Assembly (NCBI GenBank): GCA_963842525.1
Contig: CAWJGT010000022.1
Location: forward strand, 1-64,000
Source of the DNA: an uncultured Holophagales bacterium
GTDB taxonomy: Bacteria > Acidobacteriota > Thermoanaerobaculia > Multivoradales > UBA5704
DNA: 64,000 nt
Reading direction: 5' to 3'
This document shows positions 1 through 9,085 of this stretch, piece by piece. Both the position numbers and the translations under genes were made by a program. The notes beneath the pieces were generated by a model. That model saw nothing but the letters and a program-made list of their open reading frames with translations, searched no databases and was not told where the DNA came from. The stretch's first letter is position 1. Each line of letters opens with the position of its first letter.

Positions 1-201
1 GAGATCGTCGCGCAGTCGCCTCAGGGCGGTGGTTTTGCCGCTGCCCGGCTCGCCGGTGAGCAGGCCGATGGCCCTGGAGTCGACCAGGTAGCGCAGACGG
101 CTGTGGGTTTCGAGCCCCTGAGGCCGAAACAGAGAGTCGGCGGTGAGGGGGCCGTGGAAGGGCGGCCGGGTGAAGCCGAAGGCGGTGGTATAGAGGTTCA
201 C
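1..201 (-). CDS. ExeA-like AAA ATPase, N-terminal part (runs off the window)
   Basis: Manual translation from GTG at 201 gives MNLYTTAFGFTRPPF...GLLTGEPGSGKTT, with the ExeA-type FG..PF start and a Walker A motif. Its start overlaps the upstream transposase stop (GTGA). Confidence 0.8.
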   Translation of the reverse strand, partial: MNLYTTAFGFTRPPFHGPLTADSLFRPQGLETHSRLRYLVDSRAIGLLTGEPGSGKTTALRRLRDDL

Positions 202-1525
202 TGGGGCTCCCCCTGATAGAACTTCTGGCGATGAGCTCGAGGTAGCTGATGCCGGTGGTGGGCGCTTCTCTGGCCGGCTCGCTGTTTCTTTCGAGTCGGC
301 GCAGGGTGGCGTTGGTGGCGAGGTCGAGCCGGCGCAGAGGCAGCTCGGCGCTCTGGCCTTTGCGGCAAAAGTGGACGGGCCGGGCGGGGTCATAGGGATC
401 GTAGAGGACGTCGACGGTCTCACCGGCATAGCCATCGGGAGCCTCATAGAGACGGCCGTCGAGGTGGACGGTGCGGTCGCGGCCGACCCGGCGGGTGACC
501 TTCATGCGCAGCCAGGCCTCCAGGTGCTCGGGGGCCGGGCGGATCAGGGCCTGGTCCTTCAGAAAGCGGTCCAGAGGCGTTTGCCCGTCCAGGCCGCCGT
601 GGGCAGTCTGGTGATACTCGCCCTCCAGCCAGGCCCAGAAGACGCGGTTGAGCTGGGCCAGATCGGCGAGGACCTCGCTGGTGAGGTGGGGGACAAAGGC
701 GGTGCGGACGTGGCGGAAGAAGCGCTCGATCTTGCCGCGACCGCGCGGCTTGTGGGGCCGGGAGTGGACCAGGGAGATGTTCAGCGTGGCGCAGATGACC
801 TGCAGGTGGTGGGTGCGGAAGGTGGCGCCGTTGTCGCAGTAGAGCCGTCGCGGCAGGCCGCGGCGCAGCAGAGCCTGCTTCAGAGCGTCCTGGAAGCAGG
901 CGGCGTTTTCGGCCAGGTAGAAGGCGGCAAACGGCACCATGCGCGAGGCGTCATCGAGGAAGGCGTAGAGGTAGGTCTTGCCGCCGTCCTTGCGCCCCGG
1001 CACCAGCAGGCGGGGCCCGTGCATCAGGTCGGAGGTCCACAGGTCGTTGACATGCGGAAAGGTGAAAGCCAAAGCGTCCGGCTCGGCGCTGGACCCTTGG
1101 CGGGCCGGCACCGCCTGGGCGGCGAAGAAGCGGTGCACGCTGCTGCGCGACAGCCGCAGATTGGGCGCAAAGCGGCCGCACAGATGCACGGCGCGGATCA
1201 GGCTGTCGAGCGAAGCACCGGGCCGCTCGGCCCGCAGCGCCAGCAGCAGATCCTGCACCTCCTCCGGGATCGCCCGCGAGCGCCCGGCATCGGTACGCGG
1301 GCCCGGCTTGAGCCCCTCAAACCCATGGATCTGGTACAGCTCGAGCCAATCTCGCACCGTCGAACGGCCGACGTGGCTGCGCGCGCTGCCCGGGATCGTC
1401 CACGTCTTTTCCGCGATCGCACACAACAGCTTCTCTTTTTCGCGTGGCGCCAACGGCCGGCTGATCAGCTCGGCAATGACGCTGTGGCGAAACAACGCAA
1501 TCTGCTCTCTTTGGCTCTCATCCAT
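198..1525 (-). CDS. DDE integrase/transposase (rve, Mu-like C-terminus), 1-nt frameshift near the 3' end
   Basis: Absent from the ORF track. Manual translation gives MDESQREQIALFRHSVIAEL...WTSDLMHG...FLDDASR...LYCDNGATF...RGKIERFF (DDE motifs). Restoring one base near 230 gives IAQKFYQGEPQ* ending at 198. Confidence 0.85.
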
Positions 1526-1616
1526 CGCACGAAGTCTCCGCAATCGGGCTCTGGGACCATCCCACAGCCCCCGCCAGTAGCTTCGTGGCAGAACCCTGCG
1601 ATGGGTAGTTACCAAC

Positions 1617-2180
1617 CTATGGAGAGGCCTCCCCTGACCGCCAGGACGGCCGGCCGTGGCGGAACAGTCCGCTCACTCCGCCGAAAAAGCAGCCCCAGGA
1701 CGACCACAGAAAGTGCCGCAGCCGCGTCAACCAACCCGCCGCCTGGCCCACCACCTCCTGCGCCCCCCGCCACCACGGAGCCGGCACTGGCCCCAGCAGC
1801 GCCTGCAGCTTGGCGGCAAAGGGCTCGTGCGCGCTGCGCAGCCAACCCCGCACCCGCCGCACCCCCGAACTGCCGCACTGCCCTGAAACCTCGGCGCCTT
1901 CGCTCGGACTCCCCGCAGCCAGACCCGCCTCCACGGCCGCCAAGGTCAAATCGCGATAGGCGCACACGTCCTCCGGCAACACCGCATGGCTGACCCTGCA
2001 ACGCGGGCACCGCACCCGCCGCAAGGCCTGAAGCACTCCTGCGAGGAAGCGCTTGTAGGAGCCGTGGCCCCGCAGACGGGTCCTCTGACAATCCGGATCC
2101 GGGCAGCTCAGCTCGGGAACCGCCCCGCCGTCCATCTGCTCTCGATACTGCTTGCAGCCCACGCCCTTCAGACTTAACAT
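1617..2180 (-). CDS. Zn-ribbon accessory protein of the transposon (DUF6431-like)
   Basis: CPDPDC...LRGHGSYKR...RVRCPRCRVSHAVLP motif; lies directly upstream of the DDE transposase; GAGGAGG RBS precedes the ATG at 2180. Confidence 0.7.
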   Translation of the reverse strand: MLSLKGVGCKQYREQMDGGAVPELSCPDPDCQRTRLRGHGSYKRFLAGVLQALRRVRCPRCRVSHAVLPEDVCAYRDLTLAAVEAGLAAGSPSEGAEVSGQCGSSGVRRVRGWLRSAHEPFAAKLQALLGPVPAPWWRGAQEVVGQAAGWLTRLRHFLWSSWGCFFGGVSGLFRHGRPSWRSGEASP

Positions 2181-2377
2181 GGCCTCCTCTCGGAAGCCCG
2201 TCGGGTCATCCCCGGTCCGCCAAAAGACACAAGGAGAGCCCGGCGGGCTTCGCTTGCCTTGCCCGACCTCTCCACAGGCAAAATCGTCCCGCACTCCTGC
2301 GCCGACGAATCTACCTGACCACGCTGAAAACTGGGAAAAACTCAGGCGGCGGTCACGAAATAAGGCGGGCGTCTACA

Positions 2378-2559
2378 CCTGCTCCTCCACCCGCTGGCGA
2401 AGCTCACCGTTGTCTTGGCGAAGCTCAGAGTTCTCTTGAAGGAGTTCCTCGTAAGTCGGCATGCCTGAAAGACATTAGACCATGCCGAGAAGAGAACTTC
2501 AAGCCCTTGCGGACGTGCCACCGCTCGGGGAAGGCGGCACTAGGGCGGTAAACAGATAC
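2378..2559 (-). mobile_element. IS66 left-end fragment, interrupted by the DDE/ExeA element
   Basis: Reverse complement of 3450-3631: GTATCTGTTTACCG end plus coding sequence for MPTYEELLQENSELRQDNGELRQRVEEQ. Confidence 0.9.
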
Positions 2560-2761
2560 CCCGCTACCTAGCCATTGCCCGGCTTGTGGCTGCCAGGAGA
2601 GCAGGTCCCTCACGGTTCCCGCCCCGCACGCTTGCGCGTGCCTCTGTACATTGTCGGAGCCGCTCTTTATTCAGGCCCCTAGGTTCACCCGGTGGTACGG
2701 GTGGTTCCGTCTCTGACTGCGAGGGGAACAACTTCATATATAAAGCGACATCGTGTCGCAG
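2560..2761 (-). ncRNA. Group II intron, 5' 202 nt (copy 1), interrupted by IS66
   Basis: Reverse complement matches 19420-19621. Confidence 0.85.
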
Positions 2762-2818
2762 CAACGTGATGCGCCTCAGCGGCGCCGCAAGGCGTCCGCT
2801 GCAGGCGCCGGGTTAGCA
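2762..2818 (-). other. attC site (intron inserted after GTTG)
   Basis: Minus strand reads TGCTAAC-CCG-GCGCCT[G]CAGCGG[A]CGCC-TTGC-GGCG-CCGCTG-AGGCGC-ATCAC-GTTG, giving R''/L''/L'/R' boxes with two extrahelical bases. Confidence 0.85.
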
Positions 2819-3449
2819 GTCAGTCCACGTCGGCTATCATATATCTCATTCACAATACGCCCCACTATCCGCCGATATTCGAATCCTGCGGGCTTACCGA
2901 CGACCAGGCTGGGCTTCCAGCCTTCTCCAAATTTAACAGCGATAGCTTCCTTAGGCAGGCCGAGTGGCAACTTCACTTGCAGCCGCTCGGCAATACTCTC
3001 CGAGAAGCGCTTCCATGTCTCGTCGAAATTGAAGGGCCTCGGCTGTGGCACAAAGAGAACAGTCCTCGAAGGCTCCTTCGTAGAGTTAATGTGTTCGAAT
3101 TCCCAGAGTAGCCCCGGAGTATCTCCTATCGTTATACACACGACATCACTTCTGGCAGCGAGTTCAATAAAGTGGTTCATCCACTCTCCGGGAGGGACAT
3201 AGTCGCGGTATGCGCCAAGGGGTGGAGCCAATCTGTCGGGTCTCCCAAACGCAACAACAGGGCCAAGTTCTTGTAACCCAGAGCAAACAAGCTCCTCAAA
3301 GGCCCACGGCCGCTTGTTGACCCAGAATTCCGTATTTAGCATATTGTGAGAGGATGGGGAATTCTGACTGCTCTTTCTCGAATCTTCGCGGAAGGATCTA
3401 AGATAGAGAATTGTAGGGCGCTTATCACACTCAACCGCCTGGGTAGCAG
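2776..3449 (-). pseudogene. Cassette gene truncated at its 5' end by IS66 (LYLRSF..D / GPVVA.GRP / G.T.GL.WE family hypothetical)
   Basis: The frame stays open upstream of the track ATG (DKRPTILYLRSFRED) up to the IS end at 3450. GC is low and the gene ends inside the attC. Confidence 0.7.
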
Positions 3450-4435
3450 GTATCTGTTTACCGCCCTAGTGCCGCCTTCCCCGAGCGGTGGCACGTCCGC
3501 AAGGGCTTGAAGTTCTCTTCTCGGCATGGTCTAATGTCTTTCAGGCATGCCGACTTACGAGGAACTCCTTCAAGAGAACTCTGAGCTTCGCCAAGACAAC
3601 GGTGAGCTTCGCCAGCGGGTGGAGGAGCAGGAGCGCCAGATTGCGCACCTGAAGCGCCGAATCGTCGATCTGGAGAAACTTGTCGAGGAGCTACGGCGCC
3701 GGGGCAAACGCCAGGCTGCCCCCTTCTCGAAGGGAGATCCGAGCGAGGATCCCAAGTCTCCAGGGCGCAAAGCCGGGGATCAATATGGTCAGCAAGCGAC
3801 TCGAGCTGTGCCCGATCACGTCGACGAAACCATCGTGGTGGAGTGCCCGCTGTATTGTGAGCACTGTGGGGGTCAGGTCATTCCGCAGGGCGAAGCTCGC
3901 CAGTATCAGACCGATCTGCCGCCGATTCGGCCGGTGACGACGGAGTTCATCCTCCATTATGGGAAGTGCTCGGCATGTGGCCGGGAAGCTGTGGGGCGTC
4001 ACCCGCGCCAGACTTCCCAGGCGTTCCGGGTCGGCAACGTGCAACTCGGTCCAAACGTGTTGGGGCTCGCCGCCTGGCTCAACAAGGTCGGAGGCTTGAG
4101 CTACGGCAAGATCGCCGCGTTGCTGAAGGAGCTGGCTGGACTGTCTGTGTCGCGCTCGGCCCTGTGCCGCGCGCTGCTTCGCATGAGTAAGAAGCTGGAG
4201 CCCTTGTACGAGGAGCTGAAGGCGAAGATCCGGAGCTCTCCTGTGGTGTACCCGGACGAGACGGGCTGGCGGGAGGGGGGCTATAGCGTGTGGTTGTGGG
4301 TGTTCACCAATCGCAGCGAGACGGTCTACAGCATCCAGCCGGGTCGTGGCTATGCCGAGGCCTCTGAGGTCCTGGGGGAGGGCTTTGTCGGCGTGCTGGT
4401 GGCTGATGGTTGGGCTCCCTATCAGAAATTTGAAG
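3450..4435 (+). mobile_element. IS66, 3'-truncated copy (986 bp)
   Basis: Matches 4436-5421; truncated transposase ORF 3547-4455. Confidence 0.9.
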
Positions 4436-6092
4436 GTATCTGTTTACCGCCCTAGTGCCGCCTTCCCCGAGCGGTGGCACGTCCGCAAGGGCTTGAAGTT
4501 CTCTTCTCGGCATGGTCTAATGTCTTTCAGGCATGCCGACTTACGAGGAACTCCTTCAAGAGAACTCTGAGCTTCGCCAAGACAACGGTGAGCTTCGCCA
4601 GCGGGTGGAGGAGCAGGAGCGCCAGATTGCGCACCTGAAGCGCCGAATCGTCGATCTGGAGAAACTTGTCGAGGAGCTACGGCGCCGGGGCAAACGCCAG
4701 GCTGCCCCCTTCTCGAAGGGAGATCCGAGCGAGGATCCCAAGTCTCCAGGGCGCAAAGCCGGGGATCAATATGGTCAGCAAGCGACTCGAGCTGTGCCCG
4801 ATCACGTCGACGAAACCATCGTGGTGGAGTGCCCGCTGTATTGTGAGCACTGTGGGGGTCAGGTCATTCCGCAGGGCGAAGCTCGCCAGTATCAGACCGA
4901 TCTGCCGCCGATTCGGCCGGTGACGACGGAGTTCATCCTCCATTATGGGAAGTGCTCGGCATGTGGCCGGGAAGCTGTGGGGCGTCACCCGCGCCAGACT
5001 TCCCAGGCGTTCCGGGTCGGCAACGTGCAACTCGGTCCAAACGTGTTGGGGCTCGCCGCCTGGCTCAACAAGGTCGGAGGCTTGAGCTACGGCAAGATCG
5101 CCGCGTTGCTGAAGGAGCTGGCTGGACTGTCTGTGTCGCGCTCGGCCCTGTGCCGCGCGCTGCTTCGCATGAGTAAGAAGCTGGAGCCCTTGTACGAGGA
5201 GCTGAAGGCGAAGATCCGGAGCTCTCCTGTGGTGTACCCGGACGAGACGGGCTGGCGGGAGGGGGGCTATAGCGTGTGGTTGTGGGTGTTCACCAATCGC
5301 AGCGAGACGGTCTACAGCATCCAGCCGGGTCGTGGCTATGCCGAGGCCTCTGAGGTCCTGGGGGAGGGCTTTGTCGGCGTGCTGGTGGCTGATGGTTGGG
5401 CTCCCTATCAGAAATTTGAAGAAGCGACTCATCAGACCTGTCTGGCGCATCTGTTGCGCCGTTGCGAGGAGCTGCTGGAGAAGGCGACAGGGGGTGCGGT
5501 GCGCTTTCCTCGGGCGGTGAAAGAGATCCTGCAGGCCGCCTTGGAGGCGCGAGATCAGCGGGACGCGGGCAAGCTCAGCGGCGAGGCGCTGGAGAAGGTC
5601 AAGCAGGACTTGGAGCTCCAGATGGAAAGGCGTCTGTCGGGGCAGTTCACGAACCCCGACAACCAGCGTCTGGCTCAGCATTTGATACGTCACCAGGAGC
5701 AGCTGTTTGTCTTCCTGGAACGCACGGATGTGGAGGCGACCAATTGGCCGGCCGAACAAGGGATTCGCCCGGCGGTCATCAACCGCAAGACATCTGGGGG
5801 AAATCGGACGGCCGAGGGGTCCCAGGCGCAAGCGGTCTTGATGAGTGCCCTGCGCACATTTCAGCAACACCAAGTCGGGACACTCGAGATCTTGCCCCAG
5901 CTTCTGCGCAGCCCCCAGCTACCGAAGCTTGAGGCAATACTTCCTGCGTCACAGCCACCGTAACAGTTCTCGCCACGAGTTATCCGTGGCTCCAGGTCGG
6001 TAGCCGCTCGCCCTCGTCAGGTCGCCTGGCCAGCGCGGACGTGTGTCCAGGGAAAACCTTCCCCAAAAGTGCCGCTGACGGTAAACAGATAC
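4436..6092 (+). mobile_element. Complete single-ORF IS66 (ISBst12-like organisation)
   Basis: Terminal inverted repeats GTATCTGTTTACCG (4436) and CGGTAAACAGATAC (ends 6092); no tnpA/tnpB accessory genes. Confidence 0.9.
4533..5963 (+). CDS. IS66 family transposase (TnpC-like)
   Basis: Leucine zipper, Zn finger CEHC/CSAC, and the motifs DETGW, ADGWAPY, QTCLAHLLR and TNWPAEQGIRPAV. Confidence 0.95.
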   Translation: MPTYEELLQENSELRQDNGELRQRVEEQERQIAHLKRRIVDLEKLVEELRRRGKRQAAPFSKGDPSEDPKSPGRKAGDQYGQQATRAVPDHVDETIVVECPLYCEHCGGQVIPQGEARQYQTDLPPIRPVTTEFILHYGKCSACGREAVGRHPRQTSQAFRVGNVQLGPNVLGLAAWLNKVGGLSYGKIAALLKELAGLSVSRSALCRALLRMSKKLEPLYEELKAKIRSSPVVYPDETGWREGGYSVWLWVFTNRSETVYSIQPGRGYAEASEVLGEGFVGVLVADGWAPYQKFEEATHQTCLAHLLRRCEELLEKATGGAVRFPRAVKEILQAALEARDQRDAGKLSGEALEKVKQDLELQMERRLSGQFTNPDNQRLAQHLIRHQEQLFVFLERTDVEATNWPAEQGIRPAVINRKTSGGNRTAEGSQAQAVLMSALRTFQQHQVGTLEILPQLLRSPQLPKLEAILPASQPP

Positions 6093-6399
6093 CCTTGGAG
6101 GTGCCGGCGCCCGTGGCTCCTGCGGAACGGCAGCTCTCCCTGCGGCGGGCGTGGAGCTACCGGGCGGACAGTTGGGGCGGTGGGCGTCCGCTCCAAAGGT
6201 TGTGCGCGTCCGATGGTCGGAGGTGGCCCGCCCCAGCTTCTCAGCTCTTTTCTGCGTGAGGAAGAGGGCGGGCCGGCCCCCCGCGGGACGCTGAAGCTTC
6301 GTCTGGGCCTCGTCCCCGCGGCCCCGCCGGGCGCTCAAGCTTTCGGTGGGGCTGGCCAGGATCCGCTGGCTCGGGGGGTGGGAGCGGCCGGGCAGGGCG

Positions 6400-6810
6400 T
6401 TGCGCCTGGACGACTTCCGGCGGGAGCGGGTGCGGGTCAGCGTGTTTTCGACGCTTCGGGTGGCCAACAACGTCTACTCGGTGGTCTCGCGTCTGATCGG
6501 CGAATGGGTGGACATTCGGCTGTATGCGGAGCGGATCGAGGTGCACTTCGCCGGTGAGCGGGTAGCCGAGATGGAGCGCCTGCGGGGCCGCGGCCACGCC
6601 GCCATCGACTGTCGTCACCTGATCTGGTCGTTGATCCGCAAGCCGGGAGCTTTCGAGCTTTCGCGCGCTACCGGTACCGGGAGGCGCTGTTTCCGAGTCT
6701 GATTTTCCGGCAGACCTATGATGCGCTGGAGGGGCGGCACGGAGCGCGGGCGGACGTGGAGTACGTGCGGATTCTGCACCTGGCGGCGAGCACGGGAGAA
6801 AGCGCGGAGG
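6400..6810 (+). pseudogene. IS21 IstA C-terminal remnant, frameshifted
   Basis: STLRVANNVYSVVSRLIG...IDCRHLIWSLIRKPGAF, continuing in another frame as RYRYREALFPSLIFRQTYDAL...EYVRILHLAA. Confidence 0.75.
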
Positions 6811-7223
6811 AGGGTGTGCTTTCGGCCCTCGCGCGCCGGATCGATCCTACGGTCCCACCTTGAGAGTAAAACGGAACTCATGCCGCCTCCAAGGCGCGCT
6901 GGATCGCCTTAGGCGGCGGCACCGGAACGCCACCGGCAACGATCTGAACCGCTACCCCGTCCGGACCCAACCCCAGGAGATTGTTCCCCCGCCGGGGTGG
7001 TCCCCGGTTACGCTCACGCTGGAACTCCGCCAGTACTCCTCCCTTTTGAACGGAGCGAAATTTCCACCCTACCGGCGTAGTACCTCCTGAGTGCCGTAGC
7101 ACCTTTGGCCGAGATAGTACCTAACCCGGCCGAGCCGGAACCAAACAAGTAGCGGAAAGAGAGAGAGGGTATGCTCTTGGGGTTGCCGAGGCAGGTGTTT
7201 CGGCATCTTTGGAGGGCACGCTG

Positions 7224-8741
7224 ATGGTTGCGTTGACGGAACGGTATACGGACCAGATTTTGGGAGTTCTTTCCTGCTTTGACCGGGTCGTGATCACGGG
7301 GACTCTGCCTGAGATCTGCCATGCTGGAGCGATGAGTGCCTATCTTGGCTCCCAAGGCATCCGGATCTTCGACTACACCCGGTTTGCCGAGCCGCTGCGC
7401 GATGAGATCCGCAAGCACGCTGAACGCCTGGCCGCCGAGGCGGGCCTGACGATAGAGTTCATCAGGCGGAGAAACTTTCGCAAAGAGGAGCGGATCAAGG
7501 AGATTCTGGGGAAGCGCGGTGACCACCCGGGCCTGGTCCACATCTTCTCGGCTATGGAGCCTTGCTCTTCCTTCAGGCCCTGGCACGACAAGAAGACCGG
7601 CAAGACCTTCCTGAAGTCGACCGAGGCGAAGTGCCTCCACTACTACTTCTACTTCGTCTGGGAGGGTCTGGGACTCTGCTACTTGCGTGTGCCGACCTGG
7701 GCTCCTTTTCGTCTGCAGTTCTACTACAACGGCCACAACCGGTTGGCAAGCCAGTTGAAGAAAGCCGGGATCGGCTTCCAGATGGCTGATAACGCCCTTG
7801 TCGAGATCGCCGATTTTGAGCAGGCCCAAAAGCTGGCCGACGACATGCGCGTGGATGGGTTGCACGGCATCCTTGACCGAGTCGCCACATGGCTGTGCCC
7901 GGTCGGCGTCCGTTTCAAGGGCGGCTATCACTGGAGCGTGATGCAGATTGAGTACTCCACGGACATCATCTTTCGCAGCAAGGCCGACCTCGAATCTCTC
8001 TACGAGGTTTTGGTCCGTACTGCCATCCATACGGTAAAACCAGACAACGTGGCGACGTTTCTTGGCCGCAAGCTCGATGAGCGCTCGAAGGTCGAGATCG
8101 GCAATGACTTCCATACCCGGATCGAGGGGACTCGGATCAAGCACCACATGGGCCCCAATTCGATCAAGATGTACGACAAACTGGGCCGCGTTCTCCGCAT
8201 CGAGACGACCAGCAACGACGTGACATCCTTTAAGCACCACCGCAGGGTGGAACACCGAGATGGCACCTGGGAGATGAAAAACGCCCCGGTCAAGAAGACC
8301 ATCTATAGTCTGCCTGACCTCCAGGAGTTGATGAGAGCAGCAAACCGGCGCTATCTCGAGTTCCTTTCGGCTCTGGAAGATCCGACCGCCGGGATCAAGA
8401 ATCTGGAGAAGATCTCCAAGCGTGTCCACGATGGGCAGCGCACACAGCGCGGGTTCAACCTCTTCGACAGCACTGATCGCGCCGTCTTTGAAGTGATCGT
8501 CCGAGGTGAGCTCGACATCAGCGGTTTCCACAATCGTCACTTGCAGGCTTTCTTGCCTGGGATGAGCAGCGGACAGATCGCTCGCATCCTCAAGCGGCTC
8601 CGCACTCACGGTCTGGTCAAGAAGATCGGTCACACCTACAGGTACTACTTGACTCAGCTTGGCCAGAGGGTCGTCTGCGCGGCGCTCAAGCTCAGGCGAC
8701 TGTTCCTCATTCCCGAATTGGCCCAAGAGGCCCTTGCATGA
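7224..8741 (+). CDS. Probable transposase of an unclassified family, with C-terminal wHTH (a family I recall as often annotated 'MarR')
   Basis: Motifs CFDRVVITGTLP, KCLHYYFYF, IKMYDKLGRVLRIETT and a C-terminal LKRLRTHGLVKK...YYLT; GGAGG RBS before the ATG at 7224; sits in an IS cluster. Confidence 0.65.
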   Translation: MVALTERYTDQILGVLSCFDRVVITGTLPEICHAGAMSAYLGSQGIRIFDYTRFAEPLRDEIRKHAERLAAEAGLTIEFIRRRNFRKEERIKEILGKRGDHPGLVHIFSAMEPCSSFRPWHDKKTGKTFLKSTEAKCLHYYFYFVWEGLGLCYLRVPTWAPFRLQFYYNGHNRLASQLKKAGIGFQMADNALVEIADFEQAQKLADDMRVDGLHGILDRVATWLCPVGVRFKGGYHWSVMQIEYSTDIIFRSKADLESLYEVLVRTAIHTVKPDNVATFLGRKLDERSKVEIGNDFHTRIEGTRIKHHMGPNSIKMYDKLGRVLRIETTSNDVTSFKHHRRVEHRDGTWEMKNAPVKKTIYSLPDLQELMRAANRRYLEFLSALEDPTAGIKNLEKISKRVHDGQRTQRGFNLFDSTDRAVFEVIVRGELDISGFHNRHLQAFLPGMSSGQIARILKRLRTHGLVKKIGHTYRYYLTQLGQRVVCAALKLRRLFLIPELAQEALA

Positions 8742-8866
8742 AAAGTGACGTACAATCGCTACCAGTTTGGCGAAGATCTCACTGGTAAGGGACTATGTAG
8801 TACCTACGGATGCCCCTGTCTCAGGCTGGAGGGTCTGGCAAGCTCTTTATCTTCTTTGGTTTACGC

Positions 8867-8913
8867 TGGGGTCGACGATCGGGATTGAACCGATGACCTG
8901 CTGATTACGAATC
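8867..8913 (-). tRNA. 3' half of tRNA-Thr(CGT), probable att-site remnant
   Basis: Minus strand reads GA-TTCGTAA-TCAGCAGGTC-ATCGG-TTCAATC-CCGAT-CGTCGACCCCA: anticodon loop, T-arm and CCA, with no D-arm; next to an integrase. Confidence 0.75.
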
Positions 8914-9085
8914 GGCAGCGGCGCACTTGACCAGGTTTGACCGGCCCCTATAAACCCTTGATCCTACTCACTTTCCTCTGCACAGTGCTATGATACCGCC
9001 ATACCCGATTTGACGCAATCTGCTGAGTCAGTGCTGAGTCAGGATCGGATCAGCAGGCCTCGGGCGTATGCGGGGAGGGATCGGA

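Larger units (their letters stand above)
1..2377 (-). mobile_element. Three-gene transposon (Zn-ribbon protein, DDE transposase, ExeA ATPase); one end lies outside the window
   Basis: A 5'-TGTAGAC terminus at 2377 on the minus strand abuts IS66 coding sequence exactly where that sequence breaks off. Confidence 0.7.

Noticed and set aside
371-1993. 540-aa plus-strand ORF
   Set aside because: It is the antisense shadow of the minus-strand DDE transposase. The same applies to 7014-8726, 22353-24104, 29645-32614, 32660-35338 and 58401-59987.
6860-7110. Short ORFs resembling an integrase-core tail
   Set aside because: Similarity is too weak to call by eye.
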